A DNA stretch of 64,000 nt, from IMG/VR virus record IMGVR_UViG_3300020177_000966, one strand, 5' to 3'. The position numbers were made by a program, and so were the translations under genes. Source of the stretch: a virus. Taxonomy: Duplodnaviria > Caudoviricetes. The notes below the pieces were generated by a model. The model searched no databases. It was given only the letters and a program-made list of their open reading frames with translations, and was not told the origin of the DNA. Shown piece after piece: positions 10,764-19,667 of this stretch (positions are counted from its first letter, which is position 1; the number at the start of each line of letters is the position of its first letter).

Positions 10764-11947
10764 TGGAACCAGTAGCAAGTTATTTTAAATTTAATCCAAC
10801 TGGCGCATTTAGTGTCGATTGGTATATTGGAAAAAGATGTAATTATGATTGCAGTTATTGTGTAGATTATTTGCACGATAATCATAGTCCACACGTTCCG
10901 TTAGAAAACATGAAGCGTCTTGTTGATGTAGTTTATGAAGAACATGGCACTAATGTATTTTGGAGTTTGACAGGTGGAGAGCCTACTGTGAATCCAAAGT
11001 TTATGGAGTTGTGTAAGTACATTAAAGAAGAAAAAGGTGCAAGATTTATTAGTATTACTACTAATGGAAGTAGAACTGCAAAATATTTAAAAGAGCTATT
11101 CCGATATCTAGACAGTATTACAGTTAGTTTTCATTTTGAACACATGGCAGATAAGGTTGATGAATTTATTGAAAAGTTTATTGAACTGGATGATTGGCGT
11201 GTGGCATGGAATAAAGAACAAGAAGAAAAAGGACTTAATCATAAAGACTTTAAAAACGGTTATACTCGAAAAAATTTAATATTAAGATTTATGGTTTATC
11301 CTGAGCAGTTTAATAATATTGAAAAAATGGAAACTGCATTTAGGAATCATGGCATTACTAATATTGAACATAGATATATACGTCCACCAGGCGGCAATAG
11401 TAATGAACTATTACCTAGAACAAAACTAGACTTTGAAAAAAATAATGATACAATGGATCCTAAAATACTATTGTCTACGGACGACGAAGTAGAAATTAAG
11501 GTAATTGAAACTAGAGAAAAGAAATTTTATAAAGAAGGCGAAGAAGATAAAATTAAGAGAATTTATGAAAGCACTGTTACTCCAGATAAACGTAAATTAA
11601 AGTTTTGGTTCCAAGATGAAGAAAAACAATACAAAGATATTGACTTTCATTACAACGAACTTAATTTTGACAAGAAAAATAATTATGAAGGCTGGCTATG
11701 TTGGGCAGGTGTAAAACATTTAAAAGTAACTCCTCCGGGAGACATTTATATTGGCAGTTGTCACGTTGGAGGAAAGAGAGGAAACATTTATGATAAAGAC
11801 TCAATTGATCTTCCTTTAGAACCTATTAGATGTCCTAAGTGGAGATGTACAGATAATTTAGATTTAAAAGTTCCTAAGATTAAAGACTGGGAACATTATC
11901 ATTTAATTAAAGATATGATTGAATGGAAGGTTGACAAAGATCAATAA
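10763..11947 (+). CDS. Radical SAM protein (subfamily C)
   Basis: WYIGKRCNYDCSYC, LTGGEPT, TTNGSR, C-terminal CWAG..SC..C..C. Confidence 0.9.
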   Translation: MEPVASYFKFNPTGAFSVDWYIGKRCNYDCSYCVDYLHDNHSPHVPLENMKRLVDVVYEEHGTNVFWSLTGGEPTVNPKFMELCKYIKEEKGARFISITTNGSRTAKYLKELFRYLDSITVSFHFEHMADKVDEFIEKFIELDDWRVAWNKEQEEKGLNHKDFKNGYTRKNLILRFMVYPEQFNNIEKMETAFRNHGITNIEHRYIRPPGGNSNELLPRTKLDFEKNNDTMDPKILLSTDDEVEIKVIETREKKFYKEGEEDKIKRIYESTVTPDKRKLKFWFQDEEKQYKDIDFHYNELNFDKKNNYEGWLCWAGVKHLKVTPPGDIYIGSCHVGGKRGNIYDKDSIDLPLEPIRCPKWRCTDNLDLKVPKIKDWEHYHLIKDMIEWKVDKDQ

Positions 11948-11959
11948 GTGTGTTAGTAT
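11931..11959 (+). promoter_or_regulatory. sigma70-type promoter
   Basis: TTGACA-17 bp-TAGTAT just upstream of the ATG at 11966. Confidence 0.7.
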
Positions 11960-11965
11960 AGTATT

Positions 11966-13090
11966 ATGACTGAAGACCTAAAATGGAGCAATTATGATTT
12001 TACTAAAATTCCTCTTGAGGATATTGTCTCTGTGGGGCAAAGAACTCTACTCTATAGGGATCTTTTTACTGTTAGTTGGTTGCTCGGCCGTTTTTGTAAT
12101 TATAAATGCTCTTACTGCTGGCCGTACGCTCGCAGTGACAGAAAAGATCATAGACCAACTGTATTATGTCTACGAACAGTGGACGAAATAAAAAGACAAG
12201 CAAGAGATAATGGTTTTAACAGCTTCCACTTCTCCTTGTCGGGAGGAGAGCCTACTTTCCATCCTGGATACTTGGACATTCTCAAACATCTTGCAGAAGA
12301 TGTAGAAAACACAAACTATACAAGTATACACATGACTTCAAATTGTAGTAGAAATATGAAGTGGTTTGAAACTTATGTTGATTATGCAAAGCCCTTTCAT
12401 AGGGCAAGTATTACAGCAAGTCTGCATACAGAACATGTAAACACAAAGGAGAAGATGCAGGAGTTCGCAGACAAATTAATCCTGTGTCAAGAAAACGATG
12501 TACAAATTACAATTAATCAAGTTATGGTTCCTGAATGGTTTGAAAGAGATTGGGAAAACGCTCTGTTCTTCCACGAGCAAGGTATCAATGTCACTCTTAA
12601 GCCTCAGTCCGATCCAACTGCCTCAAGAGTGGTTGATGGATATACAGAAGAACAACTTAAAAAACTCTACAACGGAATGCCGCAAAGGGCATACACAGAA
12701 AGTAAACGAAAATGGGACGGCAGGCCTAAACCGTCATTCGAAATACCTAAAGGAATAAATGGCACCAACGACGCTAGTGTACCTTGGCATATGCAAGTAG
12801 AATTTGAGGATAAAAATGGAAAAAAATGGTACATGGATCAAGCTGAGCGTTTTAATGCTTTTAATTTTAATAACTTTAAAGGTTGGAATTGCAATGCCGG
12901 ATACCAAGGAATCATTATTAGAGAGCCCGACGGTTCCGTTAAGCGATCCTATTCCTGTCACGATGTGCCGCTTGGAAATATTGAAACAGGATTTAAACTC
13001 TTTGATACCCCTATGCCCTGCATTACAAACTCCTGTGTCTCAAGTGCAGATTCAAAAATACCAAAAAGGAAAGTAGTGTGCCCGGAATAA
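11966..13090 (+). CDS. Radical SAM protein (subfamily C)
   Basis: WLLGRFCNYKCSYC, LSGGEPT, C-terminal CNAG..SC..C..C. Confidence 0.9.
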   Translation: MTEDLKWSNYDFTKIPLEDIVSVGQRTLLYRDLFTVSWLLGRFCNYKCSYCWPYARSDRKDHRPTVLCLRTVDEIKRQARDNGFNSFHFSLSGGEPTFHPGYLDILKHLAEDVENTNYTSIHMTSNCSRNMKWFETYVDYAKPFHRASITASLHTEHVNTKEKMQEFADKLILCQENDVQITINQVMVPEWFERDWENALFFHEQGINVTLKPQSDPTASRVVDGYTEEQLKKLYNGMPQRAYTESKRKWDGRPKPSFEIPKGINGTNDASVPWHMQVEFEDKNGKKWYMDQAERFNAFNFNNFKGWNCNAGYQGIIIREPDGSVKRSYSCHDVPLGNIETGFKLFDTPMPCITNSCVSSADSKIPKRKVVCPE

Positions 13091-13701
13091 TTCATATTGA
13101 ACCAACTTCAAGATGTCCATTACAATGTCCTTTGTGTCCAAGAACAATATATTCAGATAAAATACAAAATACAGATTGTGATATTGAGCACTATAGTGAT
13201 TTAACATCTACGTTTGACGAAATTATTATTTGTGGAAACCACGGCGATCCAATATATCATAAAGATTTTATCGGATTAATACGTAAGATTAAAGAAAAGA
13301 ACAACACTGCTAAATTAATTTTACATACTAACGGAAGTTATAGAAGTAAAGATTGGTGGAGTAAATTAGCAAAAGTGTTTGATGCCAACGACGAAATTAA
13401 TTTTAGTATTGATGGTATTGAAAGTAATAATCACATGTACCGAGTAAATTCTAAGTGGGATTTAATTGTAAAGGGTATAGAAGCATTTAGAAAAAATAAT
13501 AGTTCAACTAAGTTAATATGGAAACATATACTTTTTAAATATAATCAAAATACTATTACACAAGCATTAGTAATAGCTAAACAATTAAATTTTGATCAGT
13601 TTATGATAGTACAAAGTAATCGCAATAGTGATAAATTTAATCCTACAATAACAATTAATCAACTTGAAGAAAATATAAAAAATGATCTATCCACGATGTA
13701 A
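13078..13701 (+). CDS. Radical SAM core domain (subfamily A), separated from its SPASM-like domain
   Basis: CPLQCPLC, ICGNHGDP, TNGS, SIDG..NHMYR. The ORF stops where paralogues continue into the Cys-rich domain. Confidence 0.85.
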   Translation: MPGIIHIEPTSRCPLQCPLCPRTIYSDKIQNTDCDIEHYSDLTSTFDEIIICGNHGDPIYHKDFIGLIRKIKEKNNTAKLILHTNGSYRSKDWWSKLAKVFDANDEINFSIDGIESNNHMYRVNSKWDLIVKGIEAFRKNNSSTKLIWKHILFKYNQNTITQALVIAKQLNFDQFMIVQSNRNSDKFNPTITINQLEENIKNDLSTM

Positions 13702-14005
13702 GATTAATAAAGCCGCAGAATATATTGATAGTGATGGTTATTATTATCCATGCTGTTGGATAGCTAATCAACCTTATGTTGATGATCTAAAAGAATTTCT
13801 CGGAGAAGATCTAAAAGACTTGCATACACAAAATAAATCCATACAGGATTTAAGGGAAAGTAAAGCATTAACTAAATTAGAAAATAGTTGGAATAAATCA
13901 GATTGCTTCTATGCTTGTAAGAAATTTTGTAGTAAAAATCCTGCTGACATAAAAAATGAAGGCGGCGCTCACACAATTAACGAACACATTATTTTTAATC
14001 TTTAA
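13682..14005 (+). CDS. Stand-alone SPASM/twitch-like Fe-S domain (probable C-terminal half of 13078 gene)
   Basis: IYPRC..GYYYPCCW..C..C matches the C-termini of the 2406, 3485, 4549 and 9822 proteins. Confidence 0.75.
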   Translation: MIYPRCKINKAAEYIDSDGYYYPCCWIANQPYVDDLKEFLGEDLKDLHTQNKSIQDLRESKALTKLENSWNKSDCFYACKKFCSKNPADIKNEGGAHTINEHIIFNL

Positions 14006-15176
14006 TAGTTACAAATATATCTGAAAATTGTGGATAACTTTCAAAAAAGTTTTGTCCTCTATGCTTATCTGTAATTTCTATATATCGTTTAAGATTAGGA
14101 AGTAAATAACTATCATCCTTGCTATTCATAAAATTTTTAATATAATCTAAATTTTTATTAATTTTTGGGTTAGTACAAGTTTTTTGATAGTTGTTAAATT
14201 TTTCTGTAACACGTTTTTTGATATGTTCAGGCAATGATGTTACACAGAGTTTCTCAGGATATGTTAAGTGTGTTGGATTCATAACTTTAAATCCGTGATC
14301 GTTTTCCCACCACCATTCTAAACTTTCAGGCATATTCCACACATTGAGTATGCTAATAGTACTACGCAATAGTACATCAAATCCGTGACTCTTTTTAAGT
14401 TCTAAAAAACGTTTAGTAACTGCTTCTGTAGTTTCGTACTTAGCAGGCCAGCGAATGTATTCACTTTCTGATGGATTAGCACTATCAAAACTAAGAGCAA
14501 ATTCTACTTTTTTAAATTTACTCCATTTTTCAATCCAGCTGTCTTTTGGCATAATAGTACAGTTAGTACTATAGTTTAAAAATATTTCACTGCAATCTCT
14601 TTCAGCAAGCATTTTATCTACAAGTACCCATTGGTCTTTAGTCATCAATGGCTCGCCGCCTGTAAATTTTACATGAACTAAATCATTAATAAACGGATAT
14701 ATGTTAGTAATATCACTTTTACTTTTTTCTACTTCATTAAACGATTTTCCGTAGATTAACTTTTCTTCATTAAACCATTTCCAACTGTATCTACTATCGC
14801 ACATACGACATGCAAGATTACAGTCATTACTAATAGCAAGTTCGATCCAACCTATTTTTGGATTTTCAATATCAACTAACTGATCAATTGGCAATGCTTC
14901 GTTATCAAGATAGCGTTCACGTAAGCTCTTTTTTCCAGACTCTTCTTCTTGATAGCAACGTACACACCCGTCTACTTGTTCACCAGCAAGCATCTTACGA
15001 CGGATTTCTTCCATCCAGTCACCATAAAATATTTCACTTAATGTTTTATCGTTTAGGTTATGATCCTTTGGTCTAAACTTTTCAGCAAACCTACAACATG
15101 GTTTTACTCGTGCAGTAGGATCAATAAACTGATGATCCCATGCCATACTGCAAAATGTTTTACTTGGAATTTTCAT
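13995..15176 (-). CDS. Radical SAM protein with N-terminal twitch-like domain (subfamily B)
   Basis: FCSMAW..KPCC..CVRC, then CNLACRMC, FTGGEP. ATG at 15176. Confidence 0.9.
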   Translation of the reverse strand: MKIPSKTFCSMAWDHQFIDPTARVKPCCRFAEKFRPKDHNLNDKTLSEIFYGDWMEEIRRKMLAGEQVDGCVRCYQEEESGKKSLRERYLDNEALPIDQLVDIENPKIGWIELAISNDCNLACRMCDSRYSWKWFNEEKLIYGKSFNEVEKSKSDITNIYPFINDLVHVKFTGGEPLMTKDQWVLVDKMLAERDCSEIFLNYSTNCTIMPKDSWIEKWSKFKKVEFALSFDSANPSESEYIRWPAKYETTEAVTKRFLELKKSHGFDVLLRSTISILNVWNMPESLEWWWENDHGFKVMNPTHLTYPEKLCVTSLPEHIKKRVTEKFNNYQKTCTNPKINKNLDYIKNFMNSKDDSYLLPNLKRYIEITDKHRGQNFFESYPQFSDIFVTIKD

Positions 15177-15957
15177 CTTCAAATTTCTTTACAGGTGTAG
15201 GATCTTGAATATTATTTTGACTAAGTCCGTATGCTCGTTCGTAGCACCACCAACATTGACCACAAGGGATATCTAATTTTTTCGCAATAATTTGATCTCT
15301 CCAGTTATCACATGAACATGTTAACGTCATTAATTCGTCGATTAGATTATATTTTTTATACAGGCTTACAACATCTGCTTTATCTAAGTGAGAAAGCGGT
15401 GAAGCATTATATGGTCCTGTGTAAATGTCAAGTGTTCGGTCTCTATTCTTTTGTCTAAATTCATCATTTGGAAAATGTTTTCTAAACTCAACAGGTGGAT
15501 TTTTTGTATTTCCGTTAACTTCAAAATTAACAACTTTAGACATTAACATTTCTCTAATTTTAAGTATAATAAATTCTTTCTTGCCAACCCCTGACATAGT
15601 TGCTTCTTTTGTACACTGTTCTAAAGGAATAGCGTATTCTATAATATCTCCAAATTTAAAGTCTAATAATTCTTCTACTTTTTTTATAATAGCAAGAGGT
15701 TGTACAGGTAACTTAGTAGGGATATCAAAATGTATAGGTCTTACGTTGATAGTATAATTATTATCTTTTACTGTCTTTGCTACTAGATAGAGTAACAAGG
15801 CACTATCCATACCTCCACTTATTTGAACTCCCATGTTCTCCCATTCGGGATTGATAGGCACTATAGCATCTAATCCGCTTTTAGCTTTATACGTATGTTC
15901 TATTATTTTTTGATTCTTAGGAGGATATGAACCTTTGCTTCTGTATACATATGCCAT
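15160..15957 (-). CDS. QueC-like PP-loop ATPase (7-cyano-7-deazaguanine synthase family)
   Basis: ISGGMDS PP-loop and C-terminal TCSC..PCGQCWWC Zn-binding pattern. Confidence 0.65.
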   Translation of the reverse strand: MAYVYRSKGSYPPKNQKIIEHTYKAKSGLDAIVPINPEWENMGVQISGGMDSALLLYLVAKTVKDNNYTINVRPIHFDIPTKLPVQPLAIIKKVEELLDFKFGDIIEYAIPLEQCTKEATMSGVGKKEFIILKIREMLMSKVVNFEVNGNTKNPPVEFRKHFPNDEFRQKNRDRTLDIYTGPYNASPLSHLDKADVVSLYKKYNLIDELMTLTCSCDNWRDQIIAKKLDIPCGQCWWCYERAYGLSQNNIQDPTPVKKFEDENSK

Positions 15958-15985
15958 ATTGTAATGTGTATCCTTTTTTTCTTAT

Positions 15986-16003
15986 TAAATACACATATAT
16001 TTA
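15986..16003. promoter_or_regulatory. Back-to-back TAAATA late-promoter-like motifs between divergent genes
   Basis: TAAATA on + at 15986-15991 and on - at 15998-16003. Confidence 0.45.
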
Positions 16004-16031
16004 CTAAAAGATATCGAATGGATTAGCGAAA

Positions 16032-16664
16032 GTGATTAACCTCTACAACCATTTAACAGCATACGGAACAGTGTTTAAATTAAATCTTGTTCTAAATGAT
16101 GTTAATAAGTTCCTTAACCTTACTGAACAAGACTTTGAGTATGTACCTTACAACCCAAGGAAGTCTGTTAATAGGTACGGATTAAGTATTACAAGTCTTG
16201 ATGGAGGCGTCTCTGGTATTCCTGATCTAGATAGTTTAATTGAATACAATAAAGATAATAATACAGACTATAGTGAAAGAGATTTTAAAACGTACACAGA
16301 TGTGTATAATAAATCTCCTGAATTACAAGCATGTCTAGCACCACTAAAGCAACATATTTTTAGAACTCATATTTTAAAACTCGACCCCGGCGGATATTTT
16401 CCTCCTCATAGAGATAATAAGACTACAAAAATAGATAGTTTTAGATTACTAATTCCGTTACGCAATGTTAACCCACCAAATTTTAGTTTTATAATTGATG
16501 GTAAGATTGAGCATTGGGATAATGGATGTGTGTACTTTGTAGATACTCTTAAAACACATTACCTATTTAATACTAGTTTTAAACCTTCATATATGATAGT
16601 TGTAAATGTAGACCTTAATGAAGAAACTGTAAATATTATTTCAGATAATTTGAGTTACCTATGA
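16032..16664 (+). CDS. Fe(II)/2-oxoglutarate dioxygenase, Asp/Asn beta-hydroxylase-like
   Basis: LKLDPGGYFPPHRD (HxD) with a later His (KTHYLFN). Confidence 0.65.
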   Translation: MINLYNHLTAYGTVFKLNLVLNDVNKFLNLTEQDFEYVPYNPRKSVNRYGLSITSLDGGVSGIPDLDSLIEYNKDNNTDYSERDFKTYTDVYNKSPELQACLAPLKQHIFRTHILKLDPGGYFPPHRDNKTTKIDSFRLLIPLRNVNPPNFSFIIDGKIEHWDNGCVYFVDTLKTHYLFNTSFKPSYMIVVNVDLNEETVNIISDNLSYL

Positions 16665-17218
16665 TTGTTACAACAATTACTGATGAACACATACCTAAGT
16701 TAGAAATATTTTGCTCTAAAGCAAAGCAACTAGGCTACGAAAATAATTCAAGTTTAAAAGCAATGAAGTTTGATTGGTGCAAAGAACACGGTGAATTTTT
16801 TTGCGCAATTAAAGATAGTGAAATAGTGGCAGTAGCAGGATGTCATCCTTTGCCTGAAGTTGGTGATACAGCATGGCGCATTATGTTTAGAGGCTGTGAG
16901 TTACCTCAAACTGATACCTTTCGGGGACTAGGTAAAGGAGATTGGAACAGTATTACACAACGTGAAATGATTCCTCGTTTTATAGAATGGTGCCCTACTG
17001 ATCAACTATATATTAGCACAAACATACATCATGAACATTCTAATGGTAAAGCCGCTCGTAATCACAAGTTGATGGGATTATTGGCAAAACAGAAAATACT
17101 TGACAAACATAGTGAAATGATGTTATATTACACTGAGCAAACTGTCTGGAAATTAAATATTAATGAATACACTAGACGTAGAAGTTTGCTGAAAGGAGAC
17201 TATGTGGTACAATCCTAA
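16661..17218 (+). CDS. GNAT-fold acetyltransferase-like protein
   Basis: 'FFCAIKDSEIVAVAG..WRIMFRG..FRGLG' GNAT-like strands and motif A. Confidence 0.45.
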   Translation: MIVTTITDEHIPKLEIFCSKAKQLGYENNSSLKAMKFDWCKEHGEFFCAIKDSEIVAVAGCHPLPEVGDTAWRIMFRGCELPQTDTFRGLGKGDWNSITQREMIPRFIEWCPTDQLYISTNIHHEHSNGKAARNHKLMGLLAKQKILDKHSEMMLYYTEQTVWKLNINEYTRRRSLLKGDYVVQS

Positions 17219-17459
17219 ACACTTAGACGAAGCAAAGAATAAAGCCGGTAAGCCTGATGCGGGCTATTGGTGGCACTTTCGTTTAGCAATGAACGAATTT
17301 TTCTTTTTATTAGCAGTAACTATAGGAAGTTTGATTCACGCTATTTTTCCTTGGGTATTAGATTTTAAACTCCTTGAATGGAGAATTAATCGTTTAAAAG
17401 TCCTCAAAGAAAAATTGCCTGATGATCCTCAATTAAAGAAGGTACATTTTGATGACTAA
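17202..17459 (+). CDS. Small membrane-associated protein, DUF6356-like
   Basis: HL..YWWHF.LA..IHAIFPW pattern and a hydrophobic segment. Confidence 0.55.
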   Translation: MWYNPKHLDEAKNKAGKPDAGYWWHFRLAMNEFFFLLAVTIGSLIHAIFPWVLDFKLLEWRINRLKVLKEKLPDDPQLKKVHFDD

Positions 17460-18288
17460 CGTATTAGACTTATTAGCATATAAAAACGGTGAATACAAAC
17501 CGTTAGGAGAGATTGGACCAAGTATACTTGACTTTGGTTTCATTCATTGTGATGCTACATATGATGTTATGCCAGTATACAACGGCAAAGCATTTTGTTA
17601 TGAAAGACACTTGCAAAGATTCCGTAATAGTGCAGAACGCTACGGACTAACTATTCCAGACGTCGATCCTCTAGAGATTATTAAAGAATTAGCAAAGCGT
17701 AATCCAATTGATAATGCATTTGTATGGTTTATAATCTGGAGAGGATTTCCGCCTAGTGGTAATCCTAGAGACTTAGAAAACTGTCCTGTAAATTTTGCAA
17801 TGTATATTAAACCAAGTTATCCTATAGCAAGTACACCGATGGTAAAACTGTATTTGGACAAAAATACAAATAGAGTTAACGATGATTACTATGGACAAGA
17901 ATATAAAAACATGGCTTGGATAGATTTAACACTTAGTCAACGTAAAACTCCTGCCGGCTTTGATACTACAGTATTAGTTGATGTAGACGGATTTGTTACA
18001 GAAGGTCCAGGGTTTAATGTTGGAATTGTTAAAGACGGAGTAATTAAAACATCAGATAAGAATGTTCTTAAAGGTATTACTATGAGTGTTGTAGAAGATA
18101 TTGCTAAAGAAAACAATATTACTTTTAAGCGTATGCCAATTACACAACAAATGTTTTTATCAGCAGACGAAGTTTTTATTACAAGTTCAAGTGGAGGTGT
18201 GACACCAACGACTATCACAGGTTCGGTTACTGATCTATTAATACAAAAGTACGAGGATAAGAAAACACAGTATGGAACTGAACTTTGA
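17452..18288 (+). CDS. PLP-dependent class IV aminotransferase (branched-chain/D-amino acid type)
   Basis: HLQRF, YK (PLP lysine), TEGPGFN, VLKGIT, ADEVFITSS. Confidence 0.85.
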   Translation: MTNVLDLLAYKNGEYKPLGEIGPSILDFGFIHCDATYDVMPVYNGKAFCYERHLQRFRNSAERYGLTIPDVDPLEIIKELAKRNPIDNAFVWFIIWRGFPPSGNPRDLENCPVNFAMYIKPSYPIASTPMVKLYLDKNTNRVNDDYYGQEYKNMAWIDLTLSQRKTPAGFDTTVLVDVDGFVTEGPGFNVGIVKDGVIKTSDKNVLKGITMSVVEDIAKENNITFKRMPITQQMFLSADEVFITSSSGGVTPTTITGSVTDLLIQKYEDKKTQYGTEL

Positions 18289-18949
18289 CACTATCTTAAA
18301 ACAAGGATGTAATATAAGTTCTAGTGGTACTACAGGTACACCTAAGCAAATTTATAGAGATCCTGAAAATCTAAAACACTGCATTAATACTGCAATTACT
18401 GCTCAAAAACTAACCAAAAATAGTAGTGTATACACAGTTACTAGAATGACTCATGCAGGTGGGTTATTACTTCAAAGTTTGCCAGCATATACATTAGGGT
18501 GTGATATAACTATTGAAAAGTTCAACGCATATACCTTTTTAAAGCGTTTTAAGCGTCATACACACACGTTTATTGCTCCTGCTATGTGCGAAGCACTACT
18601 AAGCACTAAGGGCTTTAAAACAGCTGATTTGACGGGTAAATTTGTTGCAATGGGCAGTGATCCAATTCCTAAACATCACATACAAGCATTTATAGATCAA
18701 GGTGCTACAGTTTTAGCAAATTGGGGTATGAGTGAAATTGGACCATGTGTAATTAATAAGTTGTACAAGCCTGGAGACACAGCAGAAGATAATATTTTGG
18801 GCAATACATTTTGGTGCAATTATAAAGTTAAAGAAAATCAATTATATGTAAAAAGTCCAATGTGTATATATGACGATTGGTTTGCAACAGGCGATCTTGT
18901 AACATATAAGAATAAAGGATTATATTATTTAGGAAGACTTGATGTATAA
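18272..18949 (+). CDS. Short AMP-binding (ANL superfamily) adenylating enzyme
   Basis: SSGTTGTPK P-loop, WGMSEIG, FATGDL, LGR. Lacks the usual N- and C-terminal extensions. Confidence 0.75.
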   Translation: MELNFDTILKQGCNISSSGTTGTPKQIYRDPENLKHCINTAITAQKLTKNSSVYTVTRMTHAGGLLLQSLPAYTLGCDITIEKFNAYTFLKRFKRHTHTFIAPAMCEALLSTKGFKTADLTGKFVAMGSDPIPKHHIQAFIDQGATVLANWGMSEIGPCVINKLYKPGDTAEDNILGNTFWCNYKVKENQLYVKSPMCIYDDWFATGDLVTYKNKGLYYLGRLDV

Positions 18950-19667
18950 TAATTCAATTACAGTTAATTTTCCTATGGGATCTGGTGGACATATTGCAGG
19001 AAGAATTATTTCTAGTTGTAATAATGTCAGTTGGTATGATCATATACAAAACGGAATCAATCCTTGGGAACCGTTTGATATTATGCACGATTCTAATTTT
19101 TCAAGATTACATTTCAATAAAAGATTTAAAGGTGCTTTAGGTAAAGGAGTATGTGACAAAACTATTCCTCCTGTGTTAGATATGGCCGAAAAGCAAGGTA
19201 GAGAATATTCACAAGACGAAATTAAAAAATGGAAACAACATCTTTATCCTAACAATTTTGTATATACACTGCACTCAGATTTAGATAGAGTAAAGAATTT
19301 TTTTAATCCGGCAAAACATTTTGTAATCATTCCTGAAGATATAGAACTATTATATACTAGGTGGATGAATAGTACATGTCATTATTATGTAGATCCAAAA
19401 AATAGAAATTATCTTTTTAAAGATTTATATACTGATAAAGCAAACGAACACGGAATAACATTTAAAGAATGTTTAATTAACGACCTTACTATGCAGATAA
19501 ACGGTTACAAACAAAAGGCAGATGATAAAGATTTTATTATTAAAGAAGTTTCTCAATTATACGATAAAGAATTTTTCTTAACATTATGTAACAAGTTTGA
19601 TCTTAAATTTAACGAAACAGCTTTTATCAAAACAGTAGAGTTTGCTAAAGCCGTGTCACATCTTTAA
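18942..19667 (+). CDS. Hypothetical protein, weak sulfotransferase/P-loop-like N-terminus
   Basis: VNFPMGSGGH loop after an N-terminal beta strand. Confidence 0.3.
   Translation: MYNNSITVNFPMGSGGHIAGRIISSCNNVSWYDHIQNGINPWEPFDIMHDSNFSRLHFNKRFKGALGKGVCDKTIPPVLDMAEKQGREYSQDEIKKWKQHLYPNNFVYTLHSDLDRVKNFFNPAKHFVIIPEDIELLYTRWMNSTCHYYVDPKNRNYLFKDLYTDKANEHGITFKECLINDLTMQINGYKQKADDKDFIIKEVSQLYDKEFFLTLCNKFDLKFNETAFIKTVEFAKAVSHL

Noticed and set aside
7587-13090. Viperin-like identity for the CNYxC radical SAM genes
   Set aside because: The similarity is limited to the generic cluster motif. Viperin's N-x-H before the motif is absent (W..G.R instead), and these proteins carry extra C-terminal Cys clusters.
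17100-17129. TTGACA-18-TATATT with extended -10 TG inside the GNAT-like gene
   Set aside because: Plausible internal promoter, but the spacing is non-optimal and it lies within coding sequence, so it was not listed as a feature without TSS data.
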